From a virus: DNA of 64,000 nucleotides. Each line of letters opens with the position of its first letter. Position 1 is the stretch's first letter. This document shows, piece by piece, positions 1 through 9,670 of this stretch. The translations under genes and the position numbers were made by a program. Under the pieces are notes generated by a model, which was given only the letters and a program-made list of their open reading frames with translations, did no database searches and was not told the origin of the DNA. The stretch covers positions 1 to 64,000 of the IMG/VR virus record IMGVR_UViG_3300045988_161192; one strand, written 5' to 3'.

Positions 1-111
1 CTAATCATATTACGACCATCATAGACGGGGTGATTTATGACACTTTTGACTGTCGAAATCGACCACTCTGGAATGTTTGGAAGGTTGAATAAAAAAAAGT
101 TAGAATAACTA

Positions 112-140
112 TTTACATTTAAGACATTCTATCTTATAAT
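112..140 (+). promoter_or_regulatory. sigma70-like promoter TTTACA-17-TATAAT upstream of capsid gene
   Basis: TTTACA at 112-117, 17-nt spacer, TATAAT at 135-140; variant of the CTGTTTAC promoter family seen elsewhere in the window. Confidence 0.4.
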
Positions 141-366
141 AAAAGTATAAAAAGAATAGTAGAGATAGATATGTCTTGGGGACTATGAAATTCTATTTCT
201 TATAAATTAGATACTGGTAAACATGCTAATTTGTGAGTTGGATTTGATAGTAAATGAGATGGGTAATATTTCTACATAAGAATAGTGAGAAATCACTAGG
301 AGTATGTAGTAGCCCTTCTCGTTACTACAAATCCAACTTTTATTTTGTTAAAATTTTTATAAGGAG

Positions 367-1266
367 GTGCCTATTATGGCAGTAGTAAATTACGCAGAAG
401 CTTATGAAAGAGCATTAGCTCAAGCTTACCCAAACGTTCTAAACTTTGGTGAATTATACAATACACCAAACAACAGAATTTACACATTTTTAAATGCTAA
501 AACTATTCACATTCCTTCTATCTCAGTTAGTGGTAGAACAAATGTAAATAGAGATAGCATCGATGGAGTATTCCAAAGAAACGTAGACAATGACTACGAA
601 GACAAAACTATGCAATTCTACAGAGAATGGTCAACATCTATTGACCCAGCAGACGTAGATGAAACAAACATGGTTTTAACAATTCAAAATGCAACTAAGG
701 TTTTCAATGAAACACAAAAATTCCCAGAGAAAGATGCTTACCTAGTTAGTAAAGTATATGCTGACTGGACAGCACAAGGTGGTGTAGTTAACACTACAGC
801 ATTAGATGTTGATACAGTTCTTTCAGTATTTGATAAAATGATGGAAGACATGGATGAAGCATTAGTTCCTTTCAATGGAAGAATTTGCTATGTAACACCA
901 GCTGTTAAAACATTATTGAAAAATGCTTCACAAATTGGACTTTCTAAAGATGTTACAAAACAAGGAAACATCAATAGAATAGTTAACAGATTAGATGAAG
1001 TTAAGTTAGTAACTGTTCCATCTGTTTTAATGAAAACAGCTTACACATTCTCTAAAGGATTTGCTGAAGCAGACGGAGCTGGACAAATCAATATGTTCTT
1101 AGTTCATCCATCAGCAATCTTAACTCCTTCAAAATATTCTTTCGTTGGAGTTCAAGCACCAGCTGCTGGTACAAAAGGTGACTACATCTATTATGAAAAA
1201 GAATACTCTGATGTATTTATTTTAAATAATAGAACAGCTGCTATAGCTTTCAACGTTTCACCCTAG
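367..1266 (+). CDS. major capsid protein (HK97-fold type, inferred)
   Basis: 299 aa; strong RBS AAGGAGGTG 8 nt upstream; first gene of the structural block ahead of connector, tail and TMP genes; no catalytic motif, so the call rests on position and composition. Confidence 0.55.
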   Translation: MPIMAVVNYAEAYERALAQAYPNVLNFGELYNTPNNRIYTFLNAKTIHIPSISVSGRTNVNRDSIDGVFQRNVDNDYEDKTMQFYREWSTSIDPADVDETNMVLTIQNATKVFNETQKFPEKDAYLVSKVYADWTAQGGVVNTTALDVDTVLSVFDKMMEDMDEALVPFNGRICYVTPAVKTLLKNASQIGLSKDVTKQGNINRIVNRLDEVKLVTVPSVLMKTAYTFSKGFAEADGAGQINMFLVHPSAILTPSKYSFVGVQAPAAGTKGDYIYYEKEYSDVFILNNRTAAIAFNVSP

Positions 1267-1654
1267 TCCAGCTCCTACTAAGGAGCTAACTGTTGATACT
1301 AGCATTTCAGCTAGTGAAGACTTATTTGGAAAGACAATCGAAGATTTACAAGAAAACGTTGAAATTGGAACAGACAGTATAACTGGTACATTAAAATATG
1401 TCGATGACTATACTGGATTTAGTTCTGACCCAGAAATGCAATCTGGAAATTACTTAGTATTACATTGTACTACAAATGATAGTGACCCAATTACAGTTGA
1501 AGTAGTTGGTGGAATTTCTGGTCCAAGACAATTGGATGCTGATGGTATAATCGTACTAAGAATTGCTGATAAAGACACACAAACTATTCAAGTAGTTAGT
1601 GGAAGTCTAACAAAGAATTATTCTTTAACAGAATTAGTTCTTGAGACTGAATAA
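1262..1654 (+). CDS. C-terminal extension of the capsid protein reached by a putative +1 frameshift (Ig-like decoration domain?)
   Basis: the +1 frame is open from 1247 to 1654 with no ATG/GTG/TTG start in frame until the Met codon at 1436 (which itself has no RBS); the capsid ORF ends CCC_UAG at 1261-1266, a Pro-codon-plus-stop +1 slippage context. Confidence 0.4.
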   Translation, partial: PSPAPTKELTVDTSISASEDLFGKTIEDLQENVEIGTDSITGTLKYVDDYTGFSSDPEMQSGNYLVLHCTTNDSDPITVEVVGGISGPRQLDADGIIVLRIADKDTQTIQVVSGSLTKNYSLTELVLETE

Positions 1655-1671
1655 TTTGGGAGGTATAAACT

Positions 1672-1989
1672 ATGTCAAGAAGTGATTTAGTTAACCTAGC
1701 CAAAGATAAATTGGGTGAAATACTTAGAGCTCAAGATGAAGAGGTCCTAAATGAAATTGGTGAAACCGTCATCGACGAGGCTCTAAGTATAGCCAATACT
1801 TCTGAAAGTGAAACCTCACTAAAAGATTTGAAGGCCCCAATTGTTGAGGCTATAGTCATAGCATACCAAAATAGAGGTAGCGAAGGTTTGAAGTCACAAT
1901 CTGAGTTGGGTCAATCTAATTCATTTGTTGACTGGATGGAATACCTTCGAACAGCTATAATCAATGGAGGAAAGAGGTATTTGTTTTGA
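1672..1989 (+). CDS. putative head-tail connector / head completion protein
   Basis: 105 aa; RBS GGGAGG; lies between capsid and tail genes. Confidence 0.35.
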   Translation: MSRSDLVNLAKDKLGEILRAQDEEVLNEIGETVIDEALSIANTSESETSLKDLKAPIVEAIVIAYQNRGSEGLKSQSELGQSNSFVDWMEYLRTAIINGGKRYLF

Positions 1990-2315
1990 GAATAATTGAT
2001 TTGGAGAATGTTACTCTTTATGAAGTAACGAAAGGTAGAAAGCCAGATGGCGACCCAACCGAAAATTACAATGAAATTGACACCTACGAAGCAGGAGTCC
2101 AATATTTGGACGACAGTGTAGCAGCTTCAATTTATGGAGCTAATGTCAACAAGACATACAGAGTCTCTTCACTTCATTTTGCATTAGAAGAATATCTTCT
2201 TCCAAAAATTAACAATAAACCCGACAATCTGACTAACTATCTAATTGGTTATTCGGGAAACAAGTTCAAACTTGAAAGGGTTACTCCAAAGTACATTGAT
2301 ATGAGTTGGAGGTAG
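1986..2315 (+). CDS. putative head-tail adaptor protein
   Basis: 109 aa; overlaps the neighbouring genes at stop/start (translational coupling) inside the connector block. Confidence 0.3.
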   Translation: MRIIDLENVTLYEVTKGRKPDGDPTENYNEIDTYEAGVQYLDDSVAASIYGANVNKTYRVSSLHFALEEYLLPKINNKPDNLTNYLIGYSGNKFKLERVTPKYIDMSWR

Positions 2316-2320
2316 TACTT

Positions 2321-2767
2321 ATGGCAAATATCAATGCGAATGTAAAGTTTTTTGCTAAGTTAGATGATTTAGCTTCTGGAAAAAGATTAGAAGAATTTGT
2401 ACAACGTCAAGCTGAAGAATGCTGGGAACAAATTGTGACTACCACTCCACCTCAAGTACAGACTGGTCAATATATTGCTTCCATTCAAGTACGAGATGTG
2501 CAAAGGTCTGGAAATGAAATATTTGCAGAAGTCTTTACTGATTTGAGATTGGATTGGCACAATGTCTTTCTAGCTGAGTTATTGGAACACGGAACTGGTA
2601 TTTATCGTGAGGATGGTACTGGTAGACAAACTCCTTGGACTTATTATAATGATAGGTGGAAGAGATTTGTTTTTACTCGTGGTATTAAGCCAATGCCTCA
2701 TTGGACTCCAGCTTATCAGATGCAAACAGTTAAAATGAAGGAGGGTCTACGTCATGTCTTTAATTAA
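2321..2767 (+). CDS. putative head closure / tail completion protein
   Basis: ATG at 2321 preceded by GGAGGT; the ORF-track start at 2306 is a TTG lying inside the previous gene's stop. Confidence 0.35.
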   Translation: MANINANVKFFAKLDDLASGKRLEEFVQRQAEECWEQIVTTTPPQVQTGQYIASIQVRDVQRSGNEIFAEVFTDLRLDWHNVFLAELLEHGTGIYREDGTGRQTPWTYYNDRWKRFVFTRGIKPMPHWTPAYQMQTVKMKEGLRHVFN

Positions 2768-3131
2768 CAAATTTAGAATTATGATACAAACTGAGCTTGA
2801 TAAAATAGAAGGTTTAGATGCTGGCAAAATCGTTTCTGATGACGCTATTGTCGAAGACCAATATCACTATGGCTATGAAGTTAGCAGCTCAGTTATTTCT
2901 AAGAATATTGGTTACGACAATGATAATTTGGTTCTCCAAGTAACTGGTTATCTGACCACAAAAGGTGGAGACTTAGAAACATTTGACAGATATACCGATT
3001 CGATTTGTGAAGCTTTATCGACACTTAATATAAAATATACAACCAAAGATATTACAACGTATGATACTACAAAGAAGACTTTGATTAGTGGAAATGTAGT
3101 TTTGAACACTTTGGACAAGACTCTTCGTTAA
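2754..3131 (+). CDS. putative tail completion / tail terminator protein
   Basis: 125 aa; RBS GAAGGAGG; immediately upstream of the major tail protein. Confidence 0.3.
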   Translation: MSLINKFRIMIQTELDKIEGLDAGKIVSDDAIVEDQYHYGYEVSSSVISKNIGYDNDNLVLQVTGYLTTKGGDLETFDRYTDSICEALSTLNIKYTTKDITTYDTTKKTLISGNVVLNTLDKTLR

Positions 3132-3144
3132 AACGGAGAACGAG

Positions 3145-3166
3145 GTTCAATTTTAAGGAACTTTTA
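3145..3166 (+). terminator. hairpin GGTTC-AATTTTAAG-GAAC plus T-run (member of the conserved-loop terminator family)
   Basis: inverted repeat with the shared AATCAATTTTAAGG-like loop motif, followed by CTTTT. Confidence 0.35.
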
Positions 3167-3211
3167 TAAAGTTAGTAATATAAAATCATTATTGTAAAAG
3201 GAGGTAATATT

Positions 3212-3646
3212 ATGGACCCAGATGCAGTAGTTCAAGTTGCAACACTTGGTACTAAATTAGAAGTTCAAGTTAGCAACGCTTGGAAAAGAATTCACGGATT
3301 GGCTTCAACTCCAGATTTTGGTGGACAACCTAATACTATAGATAGTACAACTTTGGACAATACAAAATATGAAACATCAGTACAAGGTCTACAACCAGCT
3401 GTAGAGATAAGTTATGAAATCAATGTAGAATTACTTTCTAACACCGATGCCAACTTGAGAGTAGTAAAAGCATTAGCAGATGCCGGTTCAACTAACAAAT
3501 GGAGGCTTACAAAAGCTTCTGGAGTTGTATTTGAATACGACGCTAAAACTAGTATTTCTTACAATGCAGATGACCAAGCTGCTATTGAGAAATTTACAAT
3601 CTATCACGATTTACAAGGAGAAATTTCTGTTACATTACCTACTTAG
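3212..3646 (+). CDS. major tail protein (TP901-1 / phi13-like)
   Basis: 144 aa; strong RBS AAAGGAGGT; position before the chaperone pair and TMP; composition typical of siphovirus major tail proteins. Confidence 0.55.
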   Translation: MDPDAVVQVATLGTKLEVQVSNAWKRIHGLASTPDFGGQPNTIDSTTLDNTKYETSVQGLQPAVEISYEINVELLSNTDANLRVVKALADAGSTNKWRLTKASGVVFEYDAKTSISYNADDQAAIEKFTIYHDLQGEISVTLPT

Positions 3647-3687
3647 TTTTAGTGATGGAGAGTAACAGAATAATCAATAAACTTTTT

Positions 3688-3733
3688 GGCCAACTAGTTT
3701 TCTCAGACTTTCTCCCTGAGTTTTTGGGTTGGC
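3688..3733 (+). terminator. rho-independent terminator after the major tail gene
   Basis: inner stem CTCAG(3702-3706)/CTGAG(3716-3720) followed by TTTTT; outer GGCCAAC/GTTGGC inverted repeat. Confidence 0.45.
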
Positions 3734-3765
3734 TATATTTGTAATTATAAAGGAGAAAGATAATT

Positions 3766-4098
3766 ATGGACAATGAAGAAGTTTTAGTAATTGACGGAGA
3801 AGAATTCCGTTTCAAACTTCCAAGTAGAGAAGTTGTTAGATTAGAAAAATTATATGGAAAAAATATTTTTGAAATATTCGAAAGTTTATCATTCGGAACC
3901 ATAGCTGACATTTTGGAAGCTGCTTTAGTTGAACCTAAAGGAATGGACAAATTCGACATGATGGACAAACTATTGACAAAATACACTATTATTGAATTAG
4001 GCCAAGATTTTCTACAAAAGGTTGCAGTAAAATCTGGACTATTAAGAGTTAAAGACTTGGAAAACAATGATGGAGAAGCTGAAGCAAAAAACGTCTAA
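3766..4098 (+). CDS. tail assembly chaperone (gpG-like)
   Basis: 110 aa acidic protein directly before the tape measure gene; RBS AAGGAG. Confidence 0.5.
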   Translation: MDNEEVLVIDGEEFRFKLPSREVVRLEKLYGKNIFEIFESLSFGTIADILEAALVEPKGMDKFDMMDKLLTKYTIIELGQDFLQKVAVKSGLLRVKDLENNDGEAEAKNV

Positions 4099-4439
4099 AG
4101 GAGTATGTTAGTGACCCTTTGGCTGGTTTCCATTTGGTTCACACAATTTATATCGAGTTAACTAAACTAGGATGTGAGCTCAGAGAATTATATGATTACT
4201 CTGTCAAGGAGTTACTATTCATGCTCAAGTATAAAAGAGAAGGTTTAGCTGAAACGACTTGGAAACAGGGGCTAATCGTTAGAGCTGCATATTCTAGAAA
4301 TTCTTTCCCGAAAAATCCCCGAGAAATATTTTTAGATATGTATGAAGAAACTTACAAAAAGAAGAAAGTCCCAATTCCTGACTGGTTGAGAGAAGACTAT
4401 GAAAAGAGGCTAAACGAAAGAGTTCGAAAATCTGATTAG
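4083..4439 (+). CDS. tail assembly chaperone frameshift extension (gpT-like), expressed as a G-T fusion
   Basis: -1 frame relative to 3766..4098, open from 4083 to 4439; its only independent start is a weak TTG at 4119; conserved G/GT arrangement before the TMP. Confidence 0.45.
   Translation, partial: SKKRLKEYVSDPLAGFHLVHTIYIELTKLGCELRELYDYSVKELLFMLKYKREGLAETTWKQGLIVRAAYSRNSFPKNPREIFLDMYEETYKKKKVPIPDWLREDYEKRLNERVRKSD
4086..4092 (+). other. -1 programmed frameshift slippery heptamer A_AAA_AAC
   Basis: canonical X_XXY_YYZ heptamer in the zero frame of the G-like ORF, 6 nt before its stop; the -1 frame is open from 4083. Confidence 0.5.
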
Positions 4440-4453
4440 AAAGGAGTGAGATT

Positions 4454-7366
4454 ATGGACGAAGAATTCAAAGTCAGATTTGTCGTTGACATGGGCGACAC
4501 TGAAAAACGTGTAAAGCGTTTGAAAAATGACTTTGTCTCAATAGAAAATAACGAAATCCACTTCAAGTCTAATATTGGAGACATCGATAAAAATGCAAAT
4601 TCAGTTTTTAAGAATTTGCGTTCAATGATGGAAGGCGTCAACAAAAATCCAATTTGGTCCAATGCCAAAAAGCAAGAGTATTTGAAATTCTTTAAAGGTA
4701 TGGAACAAGTTGCCAATAGAGCATTCCACAGCATGGAAGCAAAATATTCTCGATTTGCTCAAGAGATTTCAACTTGGGACGCTCAAAAGAATGCTTTACA
4801 AGTTGAACTTAATCTAAAAGATGGTCAAGCTGAAGAAATCAGACATCAGATAGACGAGGAAATGTCAAAACCAAGCCGTGTTGGTACATACGAAGATTTG
4901 GTCAAAATGCAAGCAGAATATAACAAACTAACCAATATGAAACTTCCTTACGAGAAAGCAGCTCAAGCTGCTAAGGAACGTGGAGATATGCCTGACTACG
5001 AGTCTTGGATAAGAGATTTGAAAAAGATTGACGAATACCAAAAGAAACTGATGGATGACATGGAGCATTTTCAGATTGGAAAATCTATTGGTGGTCCAGA
5101 CTATGATAAAATCGCTAGCCTTCGAGAAAAATATGATGAAATCCAAAAAGAGGCTGAAGAACTTGACAAAGAAATAACTAAAATGGGAAATAACCCGGCA
5201 ATGGAAAAGAAACGTCAAGAACTAGAAGCAATTAGAGTTGAATACGGTAGACTGATGGTTGACTTACAAGGAAATCCTTTGGATGACCAATTTAGGTCAC
5301 AATCACTACAATCTTTGAACCCACAAGTAGAGAATTTGAATAATGGACTAGATAGGTCTGGTCAAAAAATCAAGTGGAACACAAAGTTGACTGAAGCTTG
5401 GGGTAAAATGATGGGTCGTTTGAAGTCAAGGGTTATGTTTAGTATTGTTTCAATGCTTAACCCAATTCGACTAATTCGTCAAGCCTGGAGTGGCTTTTTA
5501 GAGCAAAACACTAAAACTAAAAATACTTTGAAAATGATAGGTCTAAACTTACAAAAAGTAATAGCTCCAGTTCTTCAGAAGATTGCTAATTTCATTTTCA
5601 AAATGGCTCAGTATGCAAACGTTTTAACCAAAGCTTGGTTCAATGTAGACCTATTTGACAAATCTGTTTTAAGTGCTGAGAAAACAGAAAAGAAAATCAA
5701 GAAACTTAATCAATTAACAGCCGGCTTTGATGAACTAAATGTTTTTAAAGAAGACGAAGATGACAGTGACAGTGGCAATGAAACACTGGACACAATGGAA
5801 TTACCTAAAGTTGATACCTCTGGACTTGAGAAATGGGCAACAGAAGGATTTGGAAAGAAAGTGGGAGACATCCTGAAATGGTCATTAGAACATCCACTTG
5901 AAACTGCTGGAATTCTTCTTGGAGCTAAGTTCTTGGGTGGACTTCTTGGAAAAGGAGTCGGAGCATTAGTCAAGAAAGGTATTTCGAAACTATTTGGAGG
6001 TAGCGCAGCTGCAGAAGGTGCTGCCGCTGGTGGAGGACTTCTTGGAAAAATCTTTGGAAAAACACTATATACTGGTATGAACGGAAAAGCTGTTACAGTT
6101 GGAAAATTACTTGGTGGTATAGCATTAACGGCTGGTGGAACAGCATTAGCTATTTCACAAGCAGCAGATGCTGGAAAGAACTGGCAAGATTTGACAACTG
6201 GAGCTAAACTTGGAAAAACCGCATTAGTTGGACTTGGTTCTGCAGCAGCTGGAGTTGGAGCTGTAATGCTTGGAGCATCTGGACCAGTTGGTTGGGCCGT
6301 TGCTGGTGGTGTGGCTCTTGCCTCATTTGCAGTAGGTATGTGGCAAGTCCAAGATGGAATAGACTCGGTCAAGAAAGAAACTGAAAAATTAACAGAAGCT
6401 AATCAGAATGCCGAAGTTGCTAATCAGAATTACATGATTTCAGTCCAGAATGCAGCTTCAACATTATCAGCTTTGGAACAAGCCGAACAAGCAACTGGTT
6501 TATCTGGAGCAGCATTAGACGAACAAGTTAGAAACGGTACATTGAATGTTGAAAACATGACATCTGCTCAGTTAGCTGTCTATAGTGCTTATTTACAAAA
6601 CGAAGAAGCTGTTAAGAAATTGAAAGAAGCAACTGAAGCCAAAAAAGAAGCTGACCATCAAGCAGTTCTTCAGTCATTGAAAGTTGAAGCAGCAAATGCT
6701 ATTGAGTCTAAGTCTTATGATACATTAAGAGAAAAAGTTGTGAAAGCTTGGGAAGAAGGTTCAATTAGTGCTCAAGAAGCGGGAGACATTCTTTCGAGAA
6801 CTTTAGCACATGCTGATGATGAAACACAAAGAACTTTTGGTCAGAGCATCCCTAAAGAAATGCAAGATGCTTTCAATCCCGACAAATATGAGTCTGGTTG
6901 GAGAAAATTCGGTACAAACTTTAAAAATGCAATGGAAGGAATTGGCAATTGGTTCAAAAAGAAATGGGATGGAATTAAGAGTTGGTGGAATGGTTTATGG
7001 GGTAAAAATCAAACTCCAGAACCTAATGCTCCATCTGGTCCAAACGGTGAAAGCTGGTCTGGAGCATCCTATGCAGTTGGTACAAATTATGTACCGAATG
7101 ACCAATTAGCTTTAGTTCACAAAGGAGAAGCAATTATTCCAGCGAAATATAACAACGATAAGACTTTTGGAAGCCACGATGCTTATTTAAGAAGTACATT
7201 AGATGCTATGAATTCTGAAATCGCTAGCCTTAGAAACCTAATCAACCAAGGTATTCCAGTGAGAGGAGAATTCGTACAAAGAGGTTCAGACCTTTATGCT
7301 ACAGTGGAGAAAGCTAAAAGCAAAAAAGGAAATCAACCTTTAAGCAATCCAGCTTATGCTAGATAG
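4454..7366 (+). CDS. tail tape measure protein
   Basis: 970 aa; coiled-coil N-terminal half and a Gly/Ala-rich hydrophobic central segment; follows the G/T chaperones. Confidence 0.8.
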   Translation: MDEEFKVRFVVDMGDTEKRVKRLKNDFVSIENNEIHFKSNIGDIDKNANSVFKNLRSMMEGVNKNPIWSNAKKQEYLKFFKGMEQVANRAFHSMEAKYSRFAQEISTWDAQKNALQVELNLKDGQAEEIRHQIDEEMSKPSRVGTYEDLVKMQAEYNKLTNMKLPYEKAAQAAKERGDMPDYESWIRDLKKIDEYQKKLMDDMEHFQIGKSIGGPDYDKIASLREKYDEIQKEAEELDKEITKMGNNPAMEKKRQELEAIRVEYGRLMVDLQGNPLDDQFRSQSLQSLNPQVENLNNGLDRSGQKIKWNTKLTEAWGKMMGRLKSRVMFSIVSMLNPIRLIRQAWSGFLEQNTKTKNTLKMIGLNLQKVIAPVLQKIANFIFKMAQYANVLTKAWFNVDLFDKSVLSAEKTEKKIKKLNQLTAGFDELNVFKEDEDDSDSGNETLDTMELPKVDTSGLEKWATEGFGKKVGDILKWSLEHPLETAGILLGAKFLGGLLGKGVGALVKKGISKLFGGSAAAEGAAAGGGLLGKIFGKTLYTGMNGKAVTVGKLLGGIALTAGGTALAISQAADAGKNWQDLTTGAKLGKTALVGLGSAAAGVGAVMLGASGPVGWAVAGGVALASFAVGMWQVQDGIDSVKKETEKLTEANQNAEVANQNYMISVQNAASTLSALEQAEQATGLSGAALDEQVRNGTLNVENMTSAQLAVYSAYLQNEEAVKKLKEATEAKKEADHQAVLQSLKVEAANAIESKSYDTLREKVVKAWEEGSISAQEAGDILSRTLAHADDETQRTFGQSIPKEMQDAFNPDKYESGWRKFGTNFKNAMEGIGNWFKKKWDGIKSWWNGLWGKNQTPEPNAPSGPNGESWSGASYAVGTNYVPNDQLALVHKGEAIIPAKYNNDKTFGSHDAYLRSTLDAMNSEIASLRNLINQGIPVRGEFVQRGSDLYATVEKAKSKKGNQPLSNPAYAR

Positions 7367-7378
7367 GAGGTAATTAAG

Positions 7379-7771
7379 ATGGCAAAACCCTTATTCTTAT
7401 TTGATGGAGCTGCTATTCCGGGTAACCCAGCAAGAGGTTATTTGGAACAGTCAGAACAATTGGTTGATAGTGCAAGAAATGCCAATGGCCAAGTTGTTGC
7501 TCAGAAAATCAATCGAAGACTTAGAAAATTTGATAGCTTAAGATGGCCAGTTCTAACTACCGCTCAAGTCCACTGGTTAAAACAAAAAGTCGCTAATTTC
7601 ACAGTTATGCTAACTTATTATGATAGCCAAGACGGTGGGATTGTGACAAGAAGGTTTTATTTTGGAGACATGAGTGCTGAACCTTTCGAATGGGACACAA
7701 AGAACTATCGAGTAGCAGTCCCTACAAGATATAAAGATGTTTCTGTTAACATTATTGATATGGGCTACTAA
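7379..7771 (+). CDS. tail protein (post-TMP), function unknown
   Basis: 130 aa; RBS AGGAGG; between the TMP and tail-tip genes. Confidence 0.35.
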   Translation: MAKPLFLFDGAAIPGNPARGYLEQSEQLVDSARNANGQVVAQKINRRLRKFDSLRWPVLTTAQVHWLKQKVANFTVMLTYYDSQDGGIVTRRFYFGDMSAEPFEWDTKNYRVAVPTRYKDVSVNIIDMGY

Positions 7772-7819
7772 TTCTGATATAATAAATGTGTAAAATCTAT
7801 TAGAAAGGAGTTATGGACT

Positions 7820-9670
7820 ATGGCCTTAGAACAAAAATATCTGAATGTTACAACAAGAGCAGAAGGTTATTTAGACATCTTAATGTATATTCCAGACGAA
7901 GGAATTACAATTAGTTCAGTGAGTTGTGATGATGTTCTAAGCTATTCCAATATTAACTCTATAACTAACATCAAAAATTACAGTACTCAGACTTTAGCAA
8001 CTTTGGAAGAGAATCTTTGGGTACTAGATGGTTCATTTATCAACCCTACACAGGGAAGAACATATAACGGTTATGTTAGTAATTCGATGTCTGACGAAAA
8101 CGGTGATTTCGAGACTAATCCGAAAATTAGACTTGAATTAACGTCTAGTTCAGACGTCGAATATTTTTCTGTAACCTTGAACCCATCAGTTAGAACAGCT
8201 TATCCTAAGAATCTCAAAGTTACTTTTTACGATACTAACAGAACAGTTGTTAAAACAATGACCAAAAACCTTGAAGAGACAGATGGTGTTGACAATCCAG
8301 ACAGAGCTAATCTGCCTAATGTCATCTATGATGTTGATGCTAGTGGAGTAAAATATGTGGAAATAGAATTCATTGGAACGTTAGTCGGTCACAGAAGAGC
8401 TAGACTTTCGACAATAATGTTTGGTCGAATTTTAACTCTAACCCAAGATGAAATCTTGAGCTCAGACTATTTGGACACATGCTCATACGTTCCAGACAGT
8501 ATACCTTCACGTACATTCAGTTTTGATTTGGAAAATTATGATGGAAGATACAACATAGACAATCCTGAAAATGCATTGCTCACTTTGGATAGCACAACTA
8601 GAGTTTTGATTAGAAATGGTTATAACGTTTATGGTTATACCGAGGACCAGAATGAACACTATATCGACAACCCAGACGAAGTCGTTCAGATAGAGTGGGA
8701 TGACTGGAAAGAACTTCGATTGTTAGATGTTTCAACAAGTTCCGAAAATACATGCACCATGCAATGTGGTTCAATTTTGGATGCAATGACAGATGTTTAT
8801 ACTCAAGAAAGATTTGAACCTAATCGTTTAGTTGGAACAATAGTTGGGAAATTATTGGATTTTTTAGGAATGGATAGAAATATTGTAGTCTTTAGTTCAG
8901 ATGACAATGGGGTTGGTTATGACCAATACACAATCAATACTCCATTACCAGAACTTCCGGTTAGAGAACTTCTTCAACTTTTAGCTTTCTCAGTCGGAGC
9001 AACATTACTAATCAAAGACGATGGAACTATAAAATTTGCTAACTTGAATATTTTAGACGGTTCGACCTTTACGAACCATCACAGTTTTAGTTATAAAGAT
9101 TTTGCTTCAGTTCCAGCAGCTGAACAGTTAGAAGCAACTTCGAAGGTCTCTCTTCCAAAATACAATGCTACAGTTGAAAGTGCTGAGACTGATATTTCAA
9201 CCGTTGCTGTTTCAACGTATGAAGTGGAAGTTAGTTACCCAGAATGTGTTCCAACAACTGCTGTCGATAAAGAAACCGGTTTAGACACGGGAATAGATGG
9301 TGAATTATTCTGCCGTAAAGGTTATTTGGATGTAACACTGGGAAGTCAGATTTCAAGAGAAATCGTTATCAAGGGTCACAAGATAGATGTTCTTCAGACC
9401 CAAGACAGAACAGTTACAAAAGACACATTGATTATTGATACCCAACTGATGGCATCAGACCCAAACAATGTTATTAAGAACAAATATAAACAGTGGTACT
9501 CGAAGAAATTTAAGTACACAATGAATACCAGAGGAGAACCATTAGTAGATGCTGGTGATTGGGCAGTTATTCAATCGCCTTTCAGTGAAAGACTGAATTG
9601 CTATGTCCTTAAAAACCACATCAAGTTTGATGGAGCTTGGTCTGGAGATATGGAGGTGATAGCATTATGA
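7820..9670 (+). CDS. distal tail / baseplate hub protein (Dit-like, enlarged)
   Basis: 616 aa; the position TMP -> this gene -> large tip protein matches the siphovirus Dit-Tal order. Confidence 0.4.
   Translation: MALEQKYLNVTTRAEGYLDILMYIPDEGITISSVSCDDVLSYSNINSITNIKNYSTQTLATLEENLWVLDGSFINPTQGRTYNGYVSNSMSDENGDFETNPKIRLELTSSSDVEYFSVTLNPSVRTAYPKNLKVTFYDTNRTVVKTMTKNLEETDGVDNPDRANLPNVIYDVDASGVKYVEIEFIGTLVGHRRARLSTIMFGRILTLTQDEILSSDYLDTCSYVPDSIPSRTFSFDLENYDGRYNIDNPENALLTLDSTTRVLIRNGYNVYGYTEDQNEHYIDNPDEVVQIEWDDWKELRLLDVSTSSENTCTMQCGSILDAMTDVYTQERFEPNRLVGTIVGKLLDFLGMDRNIVVFSSDDNGVGYDQYTINTPLPELPVRELLQLLAFSVGATLLIKDDGTIKFANLNILDGSTFTNHHSFSYKDFASVPAAEQLEATSKVSLPKYNATVESAETDISTVAVSTYEVEVSYPECVPTTAVDKETGLDTGIDGELFCRKGYLDVTLGSQISREIVIKGHKIDVLQTQDRTVTKDTLIIDTQLMASDPNNVIKNKYKQWYSKKFKYTMNTRGEPLVDAGDWAVIQSPFSERLNCYVLKNHIKFDGAWSGDMEVIAL

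Noticed and set aside
1-93. Possible 3' end of an upstream gene (frame 3, ...NVWKVE*)
   Set aside because: It is truncated by the window edge and only 30 codons are visible. It cannot be supported.
1436-1654. Independent 72-aa ORF starting at ATG 1436
   Set aside because: There is no RBS. The same frame is open without a stop back to 1247, overlapping the capsid stop at a CCC_UAG site. Interpreted as a frameshift extension instead.
3480-3665. 61-aa + strand ORF overlapping the 3' end of the major tail protein gene in another frame
   Set aside because: It has no RBS and lies wholly inside a better-supported gene. It is not the -1 or +1 continuation of the MTP, because the frame closes before the MTP stop.
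5710-6372. 220-aa minus-strand ORF (Pro/Ala-rich) inside the tape measure gene
   Set aside because: It is antisense to a strongly supported CDS, has a low-complexity translation driven by the Gly/Ala-rich TMP segment, and no RBS. All real genes in the window are on the + strand.
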